This document shows, piece by piece, positions 12,901 through 27,900 of a stretch of DNA of 64,000 nt. The notes beneath the pieces were generated by a model that was not told where the DNA came from, ran no database searches, and saw only the letters and a program-made list of their open reading frames with translations. The position numbers and the translations under genes were made by a program. The stretch is taken from NCBI GenBank assembly GCA_000708835.1, contig DF236982.1:124001-188000 (forward strand). The letters are read 5' to 3'. Each line of letters opens with the position of its first letter. Position 1 is the stretch's first letter. The stretch comes from Klebsormidium nitens (Eukaryota > Plantae > Klebsormidiophyceae).

Positions 12901-15900
12901 TTACTCAGCCTTCCTTCCCTCGGCTCTCGGCGCCTCTTCTGGCTTCTTCTTACCAAATCCAAGCAAGGCCGCTAGAGAGTACGAGTCCTTTTGGCCCGTC
13001 CGGTAGCGGCGCACTCGGGAAGTGCCAACCTGAGATAAGTAGAGGGGCCTCATCAGGCTCAGCAGAGAATTTCCGTTGTTGAAGCGCTCTCGTGAGCAGG
13101 CCAACCCCCGTTTCTTTCAACAAATAGACGCATAGAGTTTACCACGAGAAGTGTCACGTCGATGGCGAGTTCACACGACCCGTCTGGCACAGATGCAAGT
13201 GCTTGCCAGATCGAGAGTAGGGAGCCTCTGATGCCCCAGTCAGTCTGCAGTTTGAGCTACAGAGTTTTGGTTCTACAAAGGCCAGAACCGAGGCGCAAAG
13301 GCTTTCTCTGAACCACCTCCCATCGCGCTTCAACTTTCAGCTGAACATGGCCCCCTCTTTGCTTCACTGAACTGACCTTCAAAAAGGAGACACCGAGGCT
13401 TCCACGATTGAGTGAGCAATCGAATATCAACCTCAATTGATGGGGTCACGGCTGGACTAAAATAACCCTGCCTGTTCCCACAGGTGGTTTACGGACAAGC
13501 GAAGCAAGCTCGACAAAGAGAGAAAGCAAAGGAGGGAAGAAAGCAGGGCATACCCGTTTCGCGATCAGGTCCCCCAGTTCCGGGAGCCATTGCGCCACGT
13601 ACAAGAAGGCCAACACCGGCTGCAAAAAAGGAAAGAAAAAGCCTGGTTGACGTTTTGAGAATGTCGTTGAGATCGCAGTGAGCGCGTAGGAACACTCCCA
13701 GCTGAGACAAACCGCATGTGCGTACCGCCCGCGACGACCGCGTTCGCATTACAAGGGGTGGAATCTATTTGTCGTCCAGAATCGTGTCGTCGAGAATCCA
13801 AAGTGGCATTCGCGTTGACTCAACACGGGGGAGTCGAAGAGAAACCTTTCAGCGAACCTTCTGTCAAAAGAAAGCCGCGCAGTACTTGGTTAGACGCCCA
13901 CTTGAGTACAATGAGAGCGCAATCTTCATGGGGAACGGCTTTTGAAGGTGAGAAGGCGAGAAATCACCAATACTAACAGACGTTGACCGACTTGGACGCC
14001 CTTGAAGGGCCACAGACGGAAAATTGAAAAACCCTCACTGGCACGCAACATCCGTCGGCTTTGGTTACAGATTTCCAAAGCGCCAGCCTTACATGGTTCG
14101 AGATCCAGATCGCCGGCAATCGGTGCGCCCGTCTCCGCGAAAGTCAGAAACTGATAGATGTCAGCCGATTCGTCGAAACCAGCCAAGAACGAAGAAACAA
14201 TTCGAACCCCAGAACCTCTGTTCATGAGCTTTCTGAAGCGCTGGTCTTACATGGTTCGAGATCCAGACCTCCGGCAATCGGTGCGCCGTTACCGCATCAT
14301 TAGGAACCGGACAGACGTCAACCTTTGCCGTAACCAGCCTAGAACGGACTCAAGATTCAGAGCCCTAAACCTCTGTTCCCGAGCTCTTTAAAGCGCCGGT
14401 CTCACATGGTTCGAGATCCAAATCTCCGGCAACCGGTGCGCCGTTCCCGCCAGGATCAGGTCCGCGCACCGCTCCACAGTCATCCGGCCCTTCTCCTCCT
14501 CCGCGTACTCGTTCGCGTTTACGTCCGGAGCCGTCGGATCTGCCACGTGGACGGCTGGATTTGCCCCGGACGCCTCCGGGGAGCTGCCCGGGGCACCGGC
14601 CCCGACCCGGCTGGCGATGGGGCCGGGGACGGCGATGGTGACGTTAATGCCTCGCGCGTGAGTCTGTAGCAAAAAGATGTTGATTCAGTGACATAAAATG
14701 TTTGTGGGTCACCCATTCTTTTGCTCTTCAAAGCAAACTCGATCGGTGATGCTGACATTGATGCCTTGAGCGTGGGTCTGTAGGAAGAAGGTTTTGTAAG
14801 AAACGAGTTTGGGGCAGCGTTTTCCCCGATCTGCCCATCGCCCGCCTTTGTTTTGTTTGCGCATGGCAACAGTGCTGAGAATCGTTCGTCGAGGCAAAAG
14901 TCAAAGGCGCTATACCATCCAGCCGCGGAGGTTCTGAGGGTTGCATTCGCCCAAGTGACCAGCAGCGCCTGGGCTTGTCTGCATTAGTGACCCGACTTTC
15001 TAGGCGGATGCTAATAGTTCTCACGTTGGTGCATCCGAAAGGCCTTGAGACAGATCCTTTGTTCCCCCCTCAGGAAGAACTTGCGATTGAGACTGATAAA
15101 CGAATTTGCCAAGGCAAATTCTCCAGAACGGCGAGTGCAAAACCCACCTCAAAGTAGAGCGACCGGAAGTAGCCTTGCATGGCGTGCTTTGTCGCCGCGT
15201 ACACGCTCTGCAGCGGGCTCGGGATCTTGCCGGCCGCGCTGCTCAACTGCGCAGACCACATGGAACATAAGGCGATTGTCCGCGCACGGAATGCGCGGTT
15301 CCCCATAGTTGCCGATGCTTGAGTGAGGACCTCAGCCCTAGATAGCATGGAAACAAGGGCGCTAGTTACCCTTCCTAGAAGGTGGTGCAGACTGCAAATC
15401 GAGCTCTATAAGTATTCGGCGAAGCGAGGGAAACGGCTGCCTAAAGTCTTCAGAGCCGTAGCGATCTGGGTCTCTACCACAAAGACGAGTCCGCTCGATC
15501 CAATCACAGAAGTATGGAGGATGCCCGACCGCCAATGTATCAAAGGAACCCCAAAAGCGTACTCGACCGTCCTTCGTCTCGTTGTCTGTGCTTTGGATGG
15601 TTTCAATACGAAAACGGGGCACTCACCACAACTATGTGCCCCGTCTTTCTCTTCAGCATCCCCGGCAGCACGGCCCGCGTCAGAGCAATCGGCCCCAGTA
15701 CGTTCACCGCAAACGTGGCCTGAAGCGGAACAGAGTACGATGAGGGTGGCAAGAAGCTTGCATGTCTTTTCACATCGGATTCACACACTGAGTTTTGCCT
15801 CGGTCCTTGTCTTTGGAGCTTCTAGCCTCGATACGCTGGTGAAGATTCGAAAGAATCTAGACTGCTCCGACCGGGCACAGCAAACAGTCCGGGAAAAAGC

Positions 15901-18900
15901 GCAAGGGTCAACAGAGGGAGACAGACTGCTTATGAGGTACTGCGCGAACCGGCAGACCAAACGATTCGGAATGAAAGAAACGCAAGGGTAACAGAGGGAG
16001 ACGAAAGGACTCAGAAGGGATGGGAGATGACTAACCTTGGTCAGATCCTCCGGAAAGTCCTCTACGGGGAGCTTCTGCAAAATGCAAAACGGTGTCGGTG
16101 AGAAGGTGGGCACTAACACAGTCTGCTCGCGTCGAGCGCCCCTCCATGGTGGTGATGATTTTATCCATCTCAAGGAGGGCGCTCTTTCCCTATAACAGAG
16201 AGAGTGAATGTCACGAAACCCCAGCTTTGGTGCCGCAAAAGGAGTGAATACTTTTTCCACAGGGAAGCTTCTGGCCGCTGTTTTGAGGCCGCTGCGTTAT
16301 TGCTAAAGTGAGGAGCTCACAGGGAACCAGGAGTCAAAGAACTCCCGTCGTACTGGAGACATACCCTGATAATACCCGACCCTCTAACTGCCGCTTTCAA
16401 TTCCTCCTCGCATGCAAGCTACGTCCTCTTTCCCATCATTCTGACTGTCCAATTCTTCCGAAAGGCCGTGCGCTCTGGACCAGCCAACTTCTGCGAAGAA
16501 CAAGTCCTTCGTTTGGAGCACTCCAAACAAATGCGTGCAGCCAGCAAAACCACTTTTCTCGCTAATGCTCCTGGGCGCGCTCACCGGGCGCGCGTAGGCT
16601 GCGTTGTGGATCAGGTAGTCGATCCCCTGGCCGTCGAACGCTTTTTGGGCTAGCTCCACCGATCGGGGAATTTGGGACGTGTCGCTCAGGTCTAGTGTGA
16701 GGATGGACACGTCGTTTGCATGCGGACCTGCGGAGATGAGGTAACCTTTTGCGTTGCATTCTAATTCTGGAGAAAAGAGCACATATGTTGAATTTTAAAA
16801 GTACTTAAACCAGAAAGAGGAGCTAGCGGTATGGGAATGCAAATGTTCTCAATACACGGGGCCTGCACACCGTTTTCTGCGGCCAACGACAGTACGTAGA
16901 GGCTCACGAGTGGAATGAGTCGGAAACTGAAAATTGCTGCGATGGTGTCAGAACTTCCACCACAAGGAATATTGGGCGACTTTTAATTGCACCCGGAATC
17001 GCGTCCTCATGACCATACAGTAAGTTCCACAAGGGAGCACGTGCAGCGTGCTTATAGGGACACCTAAGAAGGTTAACGAAGCCTTGTAAGCACCTGACAA
17101 TCTTGTGGCCTTTGCCGCCTGCGTATAGAAGCGCGAAGAGCTTGCAGGGATGCAAGAACGAGGTGCACACACCAAAAGATGGCAGTGGTGTTGACAATGC
17201 ACCGGAGCCTATGCAAAACGCCGCCACACTAGTTAGAACTGGGTGAGCACGACAGACACTAGAGGGTTTTGGTAAGAAGAAACTCTTGCCTTTACCGTAA
17301 AACGTTTGGCAAGTCAGATTCAAACGGCCTCGGTCTATCGTTCTGGATCATGAGCCAAGAACGCGGATGCCTTCTCCGAAACAAATATAAGCGTGGCAAG
17401 CATGCAAAAACAGGGGGATCCAAGCACCGCGGGCTTAGGTTTGAGCACGGCAGAGGACAAAGGGGATCCCCTGCTTCAATAATAAAAGAGTCCCAAAGGC
17501 GTTGGCAAAGCAATCGACGTGTGAGGGACCCAACCTCCTCAATGCTCTTTTCCTCACTGCCTCTTGCCAGTCTCAAGAGCAGTCGTTCAAGGGCAACGAA
17601 CAGCGCTCTGCACAAGTGGAAGAGGTACTAAGGGCTCCAGAATGAGGACCAAAGTGGGACCAGAGCAAGAGAAAGACCCTTGGTAGGAAGGATGGGCAGA
17701 CCGCTTGGGACTGGGCAGAGTACTGAAATTCAGAACACGCCTTTCCTTACTCCGACGAAGTCACGACAAGGGTCGAAAGAGACGGGCCCAAGCCAAAGGG
17801 AGAATCCGAGTTTTGGTTCGACTTCGAAGGTCAACCGGACTGCGATTCAACGACAGCCCCACATTGGGAGTGAAAGCAAGGGTATCGTGATTGCGCGGGT
17901 GATTCAGCGTCAGTGCAAATGTGCGACGGACTGTGACAAAATGGTCAGAACTCGCACACCTCATCGCTTTCAGCATGTGTATAAAGCCATCTGATGGGCT
18001 TTGCTCCTTACTTCAGTGACCAAAGATGGACCAGAGGGCGGCTCGGCTCTAAGTGGGACCCGACTTGGGGCCCAACCGAAGTCATACAACTCTGATCGAG
18101 CAAACACAAGCGCCAGAGTAACATGCAACATGGATAGGGGCAAACAGCAAACAGAGGACGATGAGAACTGTCGTTGACCTCGAAAGCTACCCGGGCTCCA
18201 ACTTTAGACGCACCCGTTAGACGAACAAGCAAAAGTTCTGCAAAAGATGCAAAGAGTGCGCTTTGTGCATACAACAGCGTGAAGTTCTTCTGCTCGACAA
18301 TCCCAGACAAGAACATCGAAGAACCATGGATATAGACCAGTCGTTAGCGTTTCTCGTACTACCTCACAGTTCTGGAGCAGGGAACTCGAATAAACAAAGT
18401 GAACGGCATCCCAAGTCCAGAAACACTGGGCCTTAGCACCCATTGCTGATTTCCGTCATCGCCTTTTGCAGAGAGTCAGGGCGAGAGAAGAAGTAGAGAA
18501 CGCTGGCAAAAGTCGCGTACAAAGTCGGTCGGTCAGACTTTTAGCAAGGACACTGCCCAACAAGAGCGTCTTGCGCTGCGCAAAAGACAGGCTGTGGTCA
18601 CAATCAGCGGTATCTAAAATCCTGAAGAATGGCACTTACCCGCTATTCTTGAGAAATGTAAGCATCACGAGCTGCATGGATCAGACATTGACCCCATGAA
18701 AAAAGCACGTAATCTGGTCGTCAGAAGCTTGGGAAGAAAGCCGCGGGCCTCCAACCAGCTTCAAACTACCTCAAAAAAACAGACCTCAGTGCAACGTGAG
18801 AATCCACTTCTGGCTTTTGTACCCACTGTCTTGGAAACGGATTTACAGCAAGACAGACGGAGGAAGGACGCACTAATTGTGACAATAAGAAGGCCGGCAG

Positions 18901-21900
18901 AAAGTAAGGCGAAAAACAAGCACTTCAAGGAACAAAGGTTGTGGTCGCACGGCGTCAGAACTGAACAACTCCGGTGAGGTCGCTTGCCCCACATCCTAGT
19001 CTCCCTTTCCCGTTGACCGGCTAACTTTCTCGTGAACCATGCAGACGAGTGCCCAGATACAGTGACTGCCTATGCCAAACGCCTCGCTCCTCAGGTGATT
19101 GATATTCGAACACGACAGCGAAGTGAAGTTGAAGCCTCCACGCGTCGGGGCATGCACCTCTTTTCAAGAGATGATTTTGTGCATTATGCACAGCTGCTTT
19201 CGAAAACTGACCGCGCCAAGACACTACTCAACAACCGTTGACGGCTCCAGCCACACGCTTTCAGCAGGCCAGGGGCAAGTAGATGTGTAGAGAGATTTGA
19301 GCAGACGGCCAACGAAGCAGTTTTCTTAGTTACTACATTTGGGCTCCTATCAACAGCAAACCCAAGCCGTGAAAGCTTATGCCAACGCATAAACAAACAG
19401 CACTCAATCCAAGGGAATAGTTTTAATGGGTATGCGCCGTCGCCTCCGCAGAGCGCCTCAGAAAATAGCAGAACGAGGGCAGTTCAGAGAAGCTCGGTAC
19501 CAACAATCTTGCCTCGAACCACACCATTTGCGGAAACCGGATTAGTTGGCCTACATCGAATGTTTTTCGAAACAAGGACGCTGATGCCTTCGCCGAAAGA
19601 AATCAGTTTACAACGAGCACATGAGAGGGAGGGGTTCAATTGCCGTGGGCCGAGATGTGAGCATGGCGAACGGCCAGATGACACGAATAACACCTGCTCA
19701 TGCTGATAACCGGTCTTCAGGCATTGGTAGGCGCGAAGCTGAAAGTGTGAGGAATCCAGTCTATCCTCGGAGACTTGCTTCCTCCTTGCCTTTTGTGAGT
19801 CCCAACAGCACTTCTCCAGACACAAGCAAGCTTTTGCAAACAGGTATATAGTGCATAGCACAAGCGGACTGAGGCACTATGAGCAACAACGTTATGTACC
19901 CATAGTGCAACCAGAAAAGGAAGCAGACCCTTGGTTGGAAGTACGGACAGACCGTTCGGTTGTACCGTGCAACCTACGTGCAACCTACTTAAATCGAGAG
20001 CACGACCTTCTTACTTCGCAAAATAATGTGAAGTGGCAGAACAAAAGTAGGAGCTGCGCCATAGAGCAGTAGGGAACCGGTGCAGAGTCAGTTTGACTTC
20101 GAACGTAGATCGGATCGCAACTTACAGACAGACCCACATAGGGGAGTGAAATCAAGGGTATCGCGAAGGTCAGGGCCAGTGCAGCTTCAATGCTCGTGTA
20201 CTTTCTGTGACGAAATGGTCAAAACCTCGCACATTTCATCGCTTTCGGTAACTTGTGATAAGCAGAATCAAGTGCCGTGCTAGCATAAACCCGTCTTTTG
20301 AAGTGGCCCACAGGGCGGGTTGACTTCAAAGCGAAATCGCCTTAAAGTCCATTCGCAGGATTCCGGTCCGGAATGATGACGACGGAGCCGGAGCCGGAGC
20401 CAGGCCCTGGTTCCAGGCCGGTATATAGGCGACGCGAAGCAGGGGGTTGCCAGGACACGTGCATTCGTTTACTTGTTGCAGACGAACGGCTTGAGCCAAA
20501 GAGATGGTGCTACTGATTGTCGCAAGCGCACCCAAGCGTTAGAATCAACACTCAGACGAGTATGATGGCCTCACGAGCGAGCACGCGATATCGATGATAA
20601 AGTACAGGATATTTTGGCCTCACCGATTACCCGCTTATCGTGAGCTTTAGTTGGGGGGACACCAGGAGTAAAAAGGTGCCGGAAAGGCACCTGGGACGAG
20701 TATCAACGGATACAAAAGCTTGGATGCCTACACCTAATCCTACCGTGGAACATTGCTGAGTTGTCTGGATTTTAAGCAGCGCATTGGTCAGGACGAATGT
20801 GCACACTTAAATAGCGGGGAGTCCTTGCTCGATGCTTTCCGGATACGGACTGACTTTTTCATGATCAGGTGACCAGTTTGAAGTGTATGTCCTACAACCT
20901 CACAGTTAGGGAACAGGAACTACTACACCGGCAGTTCGTAGAGCATCAGAAAACATACGAAACAAGCAACTTTGGGCCTTTAGGACCCACCGTTGCGTTT
21001 CGCCATCGCCTTTGCAAAATGGTAGGGCCCACGGAGAATTCGACTATGAGGAAGCTCGAATAATCGCGCAAAGCTTTTACGGAGTCAAACAAAGGAGGTT
21101 CTCTAGAAGAAGAGTACGACTGCATTGCGCTGACGAGTCTGACCATCACAAGCTGCACAAAAGTGCAATGTTGGATCTTTTGTTAGTAGAGGCTACGCGG
21201 CAACAAGACGGCTGAGCATCTAAACGAACATTTCTCGGCCTCAGCGGGAAAAGAAGGACGGCAGTTTGGGGAAGCACATGTCCTCATTGCAAAGGGCCTG
21301 TATCCAAATCTACTGTGGCCGACGTCCGTACTTAAGAGCTCATAAACGAAAACGTATCATTAACTACAATACCACCGCAATTTGGTGTCAGAGGTACGAG
21401 AACACAACAGCTGGGCGACCTTGCACCCATGAATGCTTCCTCATGACCATATGGAGGAGCTCACAAGTGAGGAGGAAAGACACGGGGAACTCTCAGATGA
21501 AAGTCAAGGAAGCCTTAACCATGTTGGGCCCCTCTCGTCAGCGAGTACAAGCCGGAAGCAGCTTGCACGACCGCAGTGCACGAATTGTACTCAGCAAAAG
21601 GGGGCAGTTCCATTTCGTACGGGCCGGTGCCTATGCAAAGCGCCGCAACGCATTGCAGAATTGGGGGAGCATGACCGAGTTTCAAGGAGCTCGGTTCCAC
21701 GACCTCGCTTTTACAATCAGGAACCATTTAGCAAGACCAAATTGAACACCTACAACACAAGGGCGATATTTTGCCAAGACCGCAGATGCTTTTGCCGGAC
21801 AGATTAAACTCCGGCAAATATGCAAGAACGGAAAACCGAACCACTTCGGGCGGACAATTAAGCATAAAAAAACGGCCAGACTACACTTGAAGCCCCTGAT

Positions 21901-24900
21901 AAGAGTGGAGCCCGGGGCTCAAGGCATTGGGGGCGACAGTATCCCTCGTTGGAGCTGATTCCTTCCAGCGACTTTCTTCCTCATTGCCTTTCGCCCGACC
22001 AAGCAGCATTGGTTCGAGGAGCAAGCAACCTCCCCGAAAAAATGAATCGGCATGGTGGTCAAGCTGGAACTTGAGGTGAAATAAGGCAAGTGAAGCGACC
22101 GGCACGAAGAACCGGATATAAGAATAAAGAATAAGACGTTGTATAAACAAAACAGCTTGGCCGTTTGCAACACAAATCAGTCGGTGATAGAACCAAACGT
22201 TCAACTCTGACCAGACCAATCAAAAATGTCAGCCCAACAAGCAACATGAATAGGGGCCACCAGCCAACAGCGGATGGACCAAAGCTGTCCCTGACCTGAA
22301 AAGCACCCCGCCCGCAACCTACGAACTTAAAGGCAAATTTTTTCGGAAAATGCAGGGAGCAGCGTCGGAAGAGAAAGCGTCGGAAGAGAATTCAGAAGTG
22401 CGACGGCTTGGTCAGAACTCTCACACCTCATCGCTTTCCAAAGTCTTTTCAAGGCCAACTTCTCCGCCACACTCGTCACTTCCTACTATTCAAAATGAAC
22501 CATTTGGGTCCAAGTCGGACCGAGTTGGGGCCAAATCAAAGTATCGCGGCTTAATGGAACGAAGGCAACGGAACCAGGGTCAGGCCCCAGTTCCAGGCCG
22601 GTTTGCAGATAACCCGAATCAGGGGTGGCCAAGAGTACGCGTCTATTGAGTCTTTCTTGCAAGCCACAGAATCGTGCTGAAAAACGTACCCTGGTAGTAT
22701 CGGAAGCGCTCAAGTGGTCAAGTTCACGTCAGGCATTAGTGAGCGAATTCGTTCTGGTCCTTGGCTCTGACAAGTACATGTTCATCGCTTCTTGCAGTCT
22801 ATGCGTGGTAGAGAACCGCCGTAGCTAACTTTGGGAGGGGTATCAGCATTACATCAGCTATGCGTCCCAAGGATCAAAATTCATCAATAACACCGCCCTT
22901 TTGATTCCAACTTTTTAAGGCGGTGAGTTGGCCAGAATCAAAGTACGACTCCGAGAGTATGCTTACAGCGTGGAGTCCTTGCCAGATGGCTTATGCCCCG
23001 CACACTTTCAATCCGAAAACCGAAGGACCTTGGAGAGCAGACCCGACGTTTGATGCGATGCTTGTACAAGTCCGCCCAGTCTTCTTTGGGGACTCAAACG
23101 AAAAGGTTGCAAGGCATGAAAACTACCATTCCATTCTGTGCCTCAAGCGCCCAACACTGGCTCTCGTCATTGCAGCCTTTTGGAAAGCGGCAGAGCGCAC
23201 GAAGAGGTCGAGGGCCCTGGTAACATACGAGCACGGATTGTGTGGTCGTAAGAATGATATCCAATGTTAATACAGACTGCACTCTTTTGCTACGGCAAGG
23301 ACTCCGCAATTCACGAGCTGGCAGGACAAAGGTTGGACTTGGAGGTTAATCCACGTAGAAAGCTTGCCAGAAGGCAATGCAGTTTAAGCCTGTGGTTTCA
23401 AATCCAACATGCATCAACAAAACGGTTCAGTACATTGCCAGGACCCTGATCGGGTAAAGCCAACCCTCAACTTGACTCATACAACTTTTGCGAGCAAGAG
23501 CATAAGAAGGGCAGTAAAACAGTAGAAGACGGAAAGTCCTCTTCTCATAACAAAAGAAGGGCCGGACGTACGACTCCTTTGAACGATCGAAAGACAGATC
23601 TAAGGAAAGAGCGCAGAACAAGCGAAGTAGGAGACGCACAGCGTTAGAATGACTAGAGAAGCGGGTGGGGTCGCGGTGCCCCAATTTCTTATCTTGCAAT
23701 CCATGAACTAGCTGTTTCGTGATTGTTTGTACAACCCTGGCTAGATTCAGTGTCTACATATGCCTGCGCTCCAACGATGTTCCGCTCTTTAGGTGGCGGC
23801 GGGCCCAGTTGACCTCGACAATCCTTTACGCCGGAAAAAGTACGCTTATTGCGAGAAGCAACGGATGGCCAGCACGCGCTAGTTCTCGGAGGGTCCTTCA
23901 TTGCATTGTCTGGATTTGATCTCAATTTCTATGCACGCCGTTCATCTTTGCAATAACAACTGACGGCTCCAACGGATCTGACCCTGATTGCTGGGCATTT
24001 TGACCCCAGGAAGAGGGCGCTTGTGATTGCCATCTCAGAACAGAGAAGAAAAGACGGCAGCGGATCAAGCATCAAATGAGCAGAATATAATGTACGTACA
24101 ACAGGAAAAACAACAGGCCCTTGACTTTGCAACAGCCCAAGCTCAGCGAAACTTCAGGATCCCAACAGGCCCTTAAACCGGGGCTCTCAAGAAAGGCTCC
24201 GTACTTGGAAGCGCGTCCGCTTCTATGCCTCAAATTGGACCAATCCCCTCGGACTTCAGAACACGCAAAAGGTTGGTATCTGACTCATCCTGGGTTCAAC
24301 CATCAAACGCTCGTCATTTTTAGCGGATGCAATTGAATGTAAGGTGGCAACGTCAAATCTTGCAGATTGATTGCTTGAGCCGCCAAGAGCTCGAAACCAG
24401 AGCCCCATTGCCAGACGGAAGCGCAGCTTAAGTTTGAAACAGTGCCACTCAAGCAGCGACGAAAACTTTCTGGTACTTTAAACAGGCCACATCAAAACCG
24501 TTAAAGACGATTCACCAGTCTAACTTCTGTTTCACAAACTAAAGAGACTCAAAGCAGACTGGCATTCTGTGCTTACTGGCCAGTCCCAGTCTTCATTATG
24601 AATGCTGACAAGCCAGACAATTTGTGGGGCAAGTGTCCGTCCGGGAATTACCGCTTCGATCGTTTCACCAGAACGTAGAGCTAGGAAGCCAAGACACGGA
24701 CCCGCAGGAGAACAACTCAGTGCTTCCATCGGGAAGAGTAAAAACTTGAACGGAATCAGAACGTCAAGTCAGAAAAAAGTAGCAAAAGGATGACGGGCCA
24801 CGGAAACGGCATCAGAACCTGAGAGAGCAGATTTTGGGTTTATTTGCCCCAATCAGAGCCATCTTCGCCAAGGTTCGATCAACGAATTCAACTCATCGGT

Positions 24901-27900
24901 GCATCACCAAAAGTAGGCGAGTCTTTGGAAGTGGTATAAACAGGGACGTCGACTCTTAGTGTCCGTATGCAATGCGGACTCTTGAGAACAACAGCTACAG
25001 CCCTGGGTTGTTGCAAATGAATAGTAAGCCGTAATCCGACATTGATTGCACAACGAAGGGTATCGCTGCAATCAGAGAGATAGTGAATAGCACGGCAGTG
25101 CAACAGCACCTGTTGCAAACGTCTCAAATCTAGAATGAGCTGTGTGCACATGAAGTTCCTGACTCGAGCTCTTGCAATCAAAAGCAGGGCTCGTCGTATG
25201 CCTCCAGCCATCAGAGAAATGGACAATCGACAGTCTCACTCCTCAACAGTGAATGCTTTTAGTCTTCTGGTACCAGGTTGCAATGAGACCGACAAACATC
25301 GGGGAACCGGCTGCTGGAGGCCAAAGCGCGTGGCGTTGCTGAATCGGCTCCAAGACGTTGTCATTTGCGTTATCTAGAGTTGACCTTGATTACCGAGATC
25401 TAAGTCCTGGAGCTATACGTCCCAATCTTTGCGGAAAGTGCCGCGTCAACAACCGACACAGTCATTCCTGACCTTGACGGCCAAGAACATGTCTGCTCAT
25501 CACTGCGCACAAATTGCAGATTCTGGACAGGATGGTGGACATCCCCACACGTGACATTTGCTGCATTTATTGCCCATCATTTGCTGCGCAAATGCTCACT
25601 CAACCCAGGCGCTGACAAGCTGAAAGGATAACAGATGTAGGGTAACGAGAAAAAGGGAGCTCAAGTCAATCCAAGCTTACAAGTCAGATTAGATTGCACA
25701 ATCAGCAGACATTCCGCGACCAGATACCCTCACAAATTGTTTTCATATGTAAGATAACATTGACCGAAACGATCTCCGCTCGGACAACTTTTCTATCATC
25801 GCCTCCTCAAGGTTTGCAACAATGAATGGTCGTGGCCAGACACGACAGAATCAAAGATACAGAGGCATGGTGGAGGAACGTCGCGGAAAGCATTAGGACA
25901 AGCTCAAGCCGTCATCGGAAGCACGGAACACAAAGACCCTTCCGACAGAAGTTTAGTCGAGCGGGGCTCGTTCTGACGAAACCCCCACAAACAGAAACCA
26001 CACCGTGAAGCGTGAGAGAAAGGCACCGTTCCGGGATTTGAGGCAATGGTGTTGGAAGAAGCTTAAATGGGCTCTCAGCACCCAATCAAGCCATGTCCTC
26101 ATGACCATTCAGAGCGCCAGTGAACAATTTCTGCACCTCTCTGTGTCTCCACGGACCGTTTGGTGCCGCAAAACGATTCGTTGGTCAAACAGGGCTACAC
26201 GCCACCCTTCGAGAAGTCGAAACAATCGCAGCAACAATCACAGCAAACACTTAGGTGCCAGAGTCTCAAAGAGCCGTTGGTCGTAGCTGCCCCACTAGAC
26301 GACAGGACAGGACATGAAGACTATCTCAGAAAGTTTTTTGCCCGCTTTAAACTGCTTGGAGAAGAGCGGAGAAGGAGATTCCTCGCGATACAAAGTTCGG
26401 TCGTCCAAATTCATGTATATTCTCCGGATGGTGCTCCCACAGCTTGATCGTCGATGAAAAGCGCCATTGATTGACCTCCAACTCACCTTCCTAAAATTTG
26501 CGCGCAAACCCCACTGCTCACCTGTACAAGATGCTGCCACCCGAGTCAGCTCGTTCAAGCGGCGCGCCGAAAGGATCAGCTTGGCTCCATCCGCTGACAG
26601 CTTCTGGGCCATGACCGCTCCAATGCCTGCACAAAATAAACGGCTCGACTTAAAACCGAAACGGATGGTAGGCAAACCAAGAACAGATTGATGTCCCTGG
26701 TTCGACAGTTTCACAACGGGATGCACTTCTAACGATGAACGCAGCCGTTCTCGTATTGATGGCAGCAATCCGTCCCTGTGCGAGCGTCAATTGCAAGCGT
26801 GGTTCATTAATGTTTGATTGACTTCTTTCTCAGCTGTGACCAAATCCCTTCAATTCCGTCACTCAAAGTAAGAAGTAGAATGACTGGTACCACAAGTTCG
26901 AGTTCTGGTCTCATTAGCCAGCTCAAATTTTATATGTAAGACCAGACCTGAGAGCACAAGCCACTGTACTACAGACCTTCTTGGCGGACGAGGTAGTCTG
27001 CATCCATGCTTCTTAGAGGATCGAGTCAATGAACTTAACTGCTTGATTTTTCCTTTCTAGAGAAGCGCATACTAAAAAGGGCAGCCATTTGCTTTGCGGC
27101 CGTGAGCACAACAAGATTCTAAGATATGCTGATTTTGAGCTGCCTCCTCAAAGGAAACTTGGAATGAGACAGTGGGAGCTCACCTTGACTGGCCCCCGTG
27201 ATCCATACCTGTACAAGTAGGAAGATTCCAGTGTTTCAAAATAAAGCACAGGACTGATCAGTGATGGGGACAGATGGAGGCATCGGAATTTGCAAATCTC
27301 AATCTGAAGTCCTGAAAAGCCAGCTGTGGAGACACTATCCCCAGGCGAAGTTGCAGGCACTTTTATTAAAAGAAGTAGAAAGCACGATGCAATAGTGATG
27401 TAGAGCCCCTTTATCCTGACATTGGTTTTGAACACAGCCTGACAGCAGGGAGGGCAGTGCTAAAATCATCCTGACGCTTTCTAAGCAAAGGCACAAGATC
27501 CTGCAAGAAGAACTGCAAAAATGAACCAAGGGGGACTCACCACTTTGCCATTGAAGGTGCCTTTGGGAGCTGGCCCGGCGGCAAGGAGTCTTAGATCAGC
27601 TGCAACAGGGCCCCCTGGAATGTCAGATCCTAGCTTGCGGCTAAGATCATGATCTGCCACTTTTAGTTTCAGCCGCTTGACTCTGATCGGAGAATGTGGT
27701 CATGACATTTGACAAAGTTCAATAGTTCTCAAGTGCGCAGCAGACTCTCATTAGGTCCAGCTTCTAGATTCATTCTCAAAGTCCATTAGCTCAGCACGGA
27801 AGGACGCCTTTGATCACCAGTAAGCGCAGGCAGATTGTCGAGCTATAACATGCTGGAGGCAACAAACACACATGAAAAGATGCTCTGTGTTCAGAAGAAC

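Noticed and set aside
14078-14440. CRISPR-like array (also 51040-51190)
   Set aside because: The units are copies of exon-intron junctions with homologous spacers, there are no cas genes, and the context is eukaryotic.
15323-15991. 222-aa plus-strand ORF
   Set aside because: Antisense to SDR introns and an exon, with no recognisable motif or coding-like composition.
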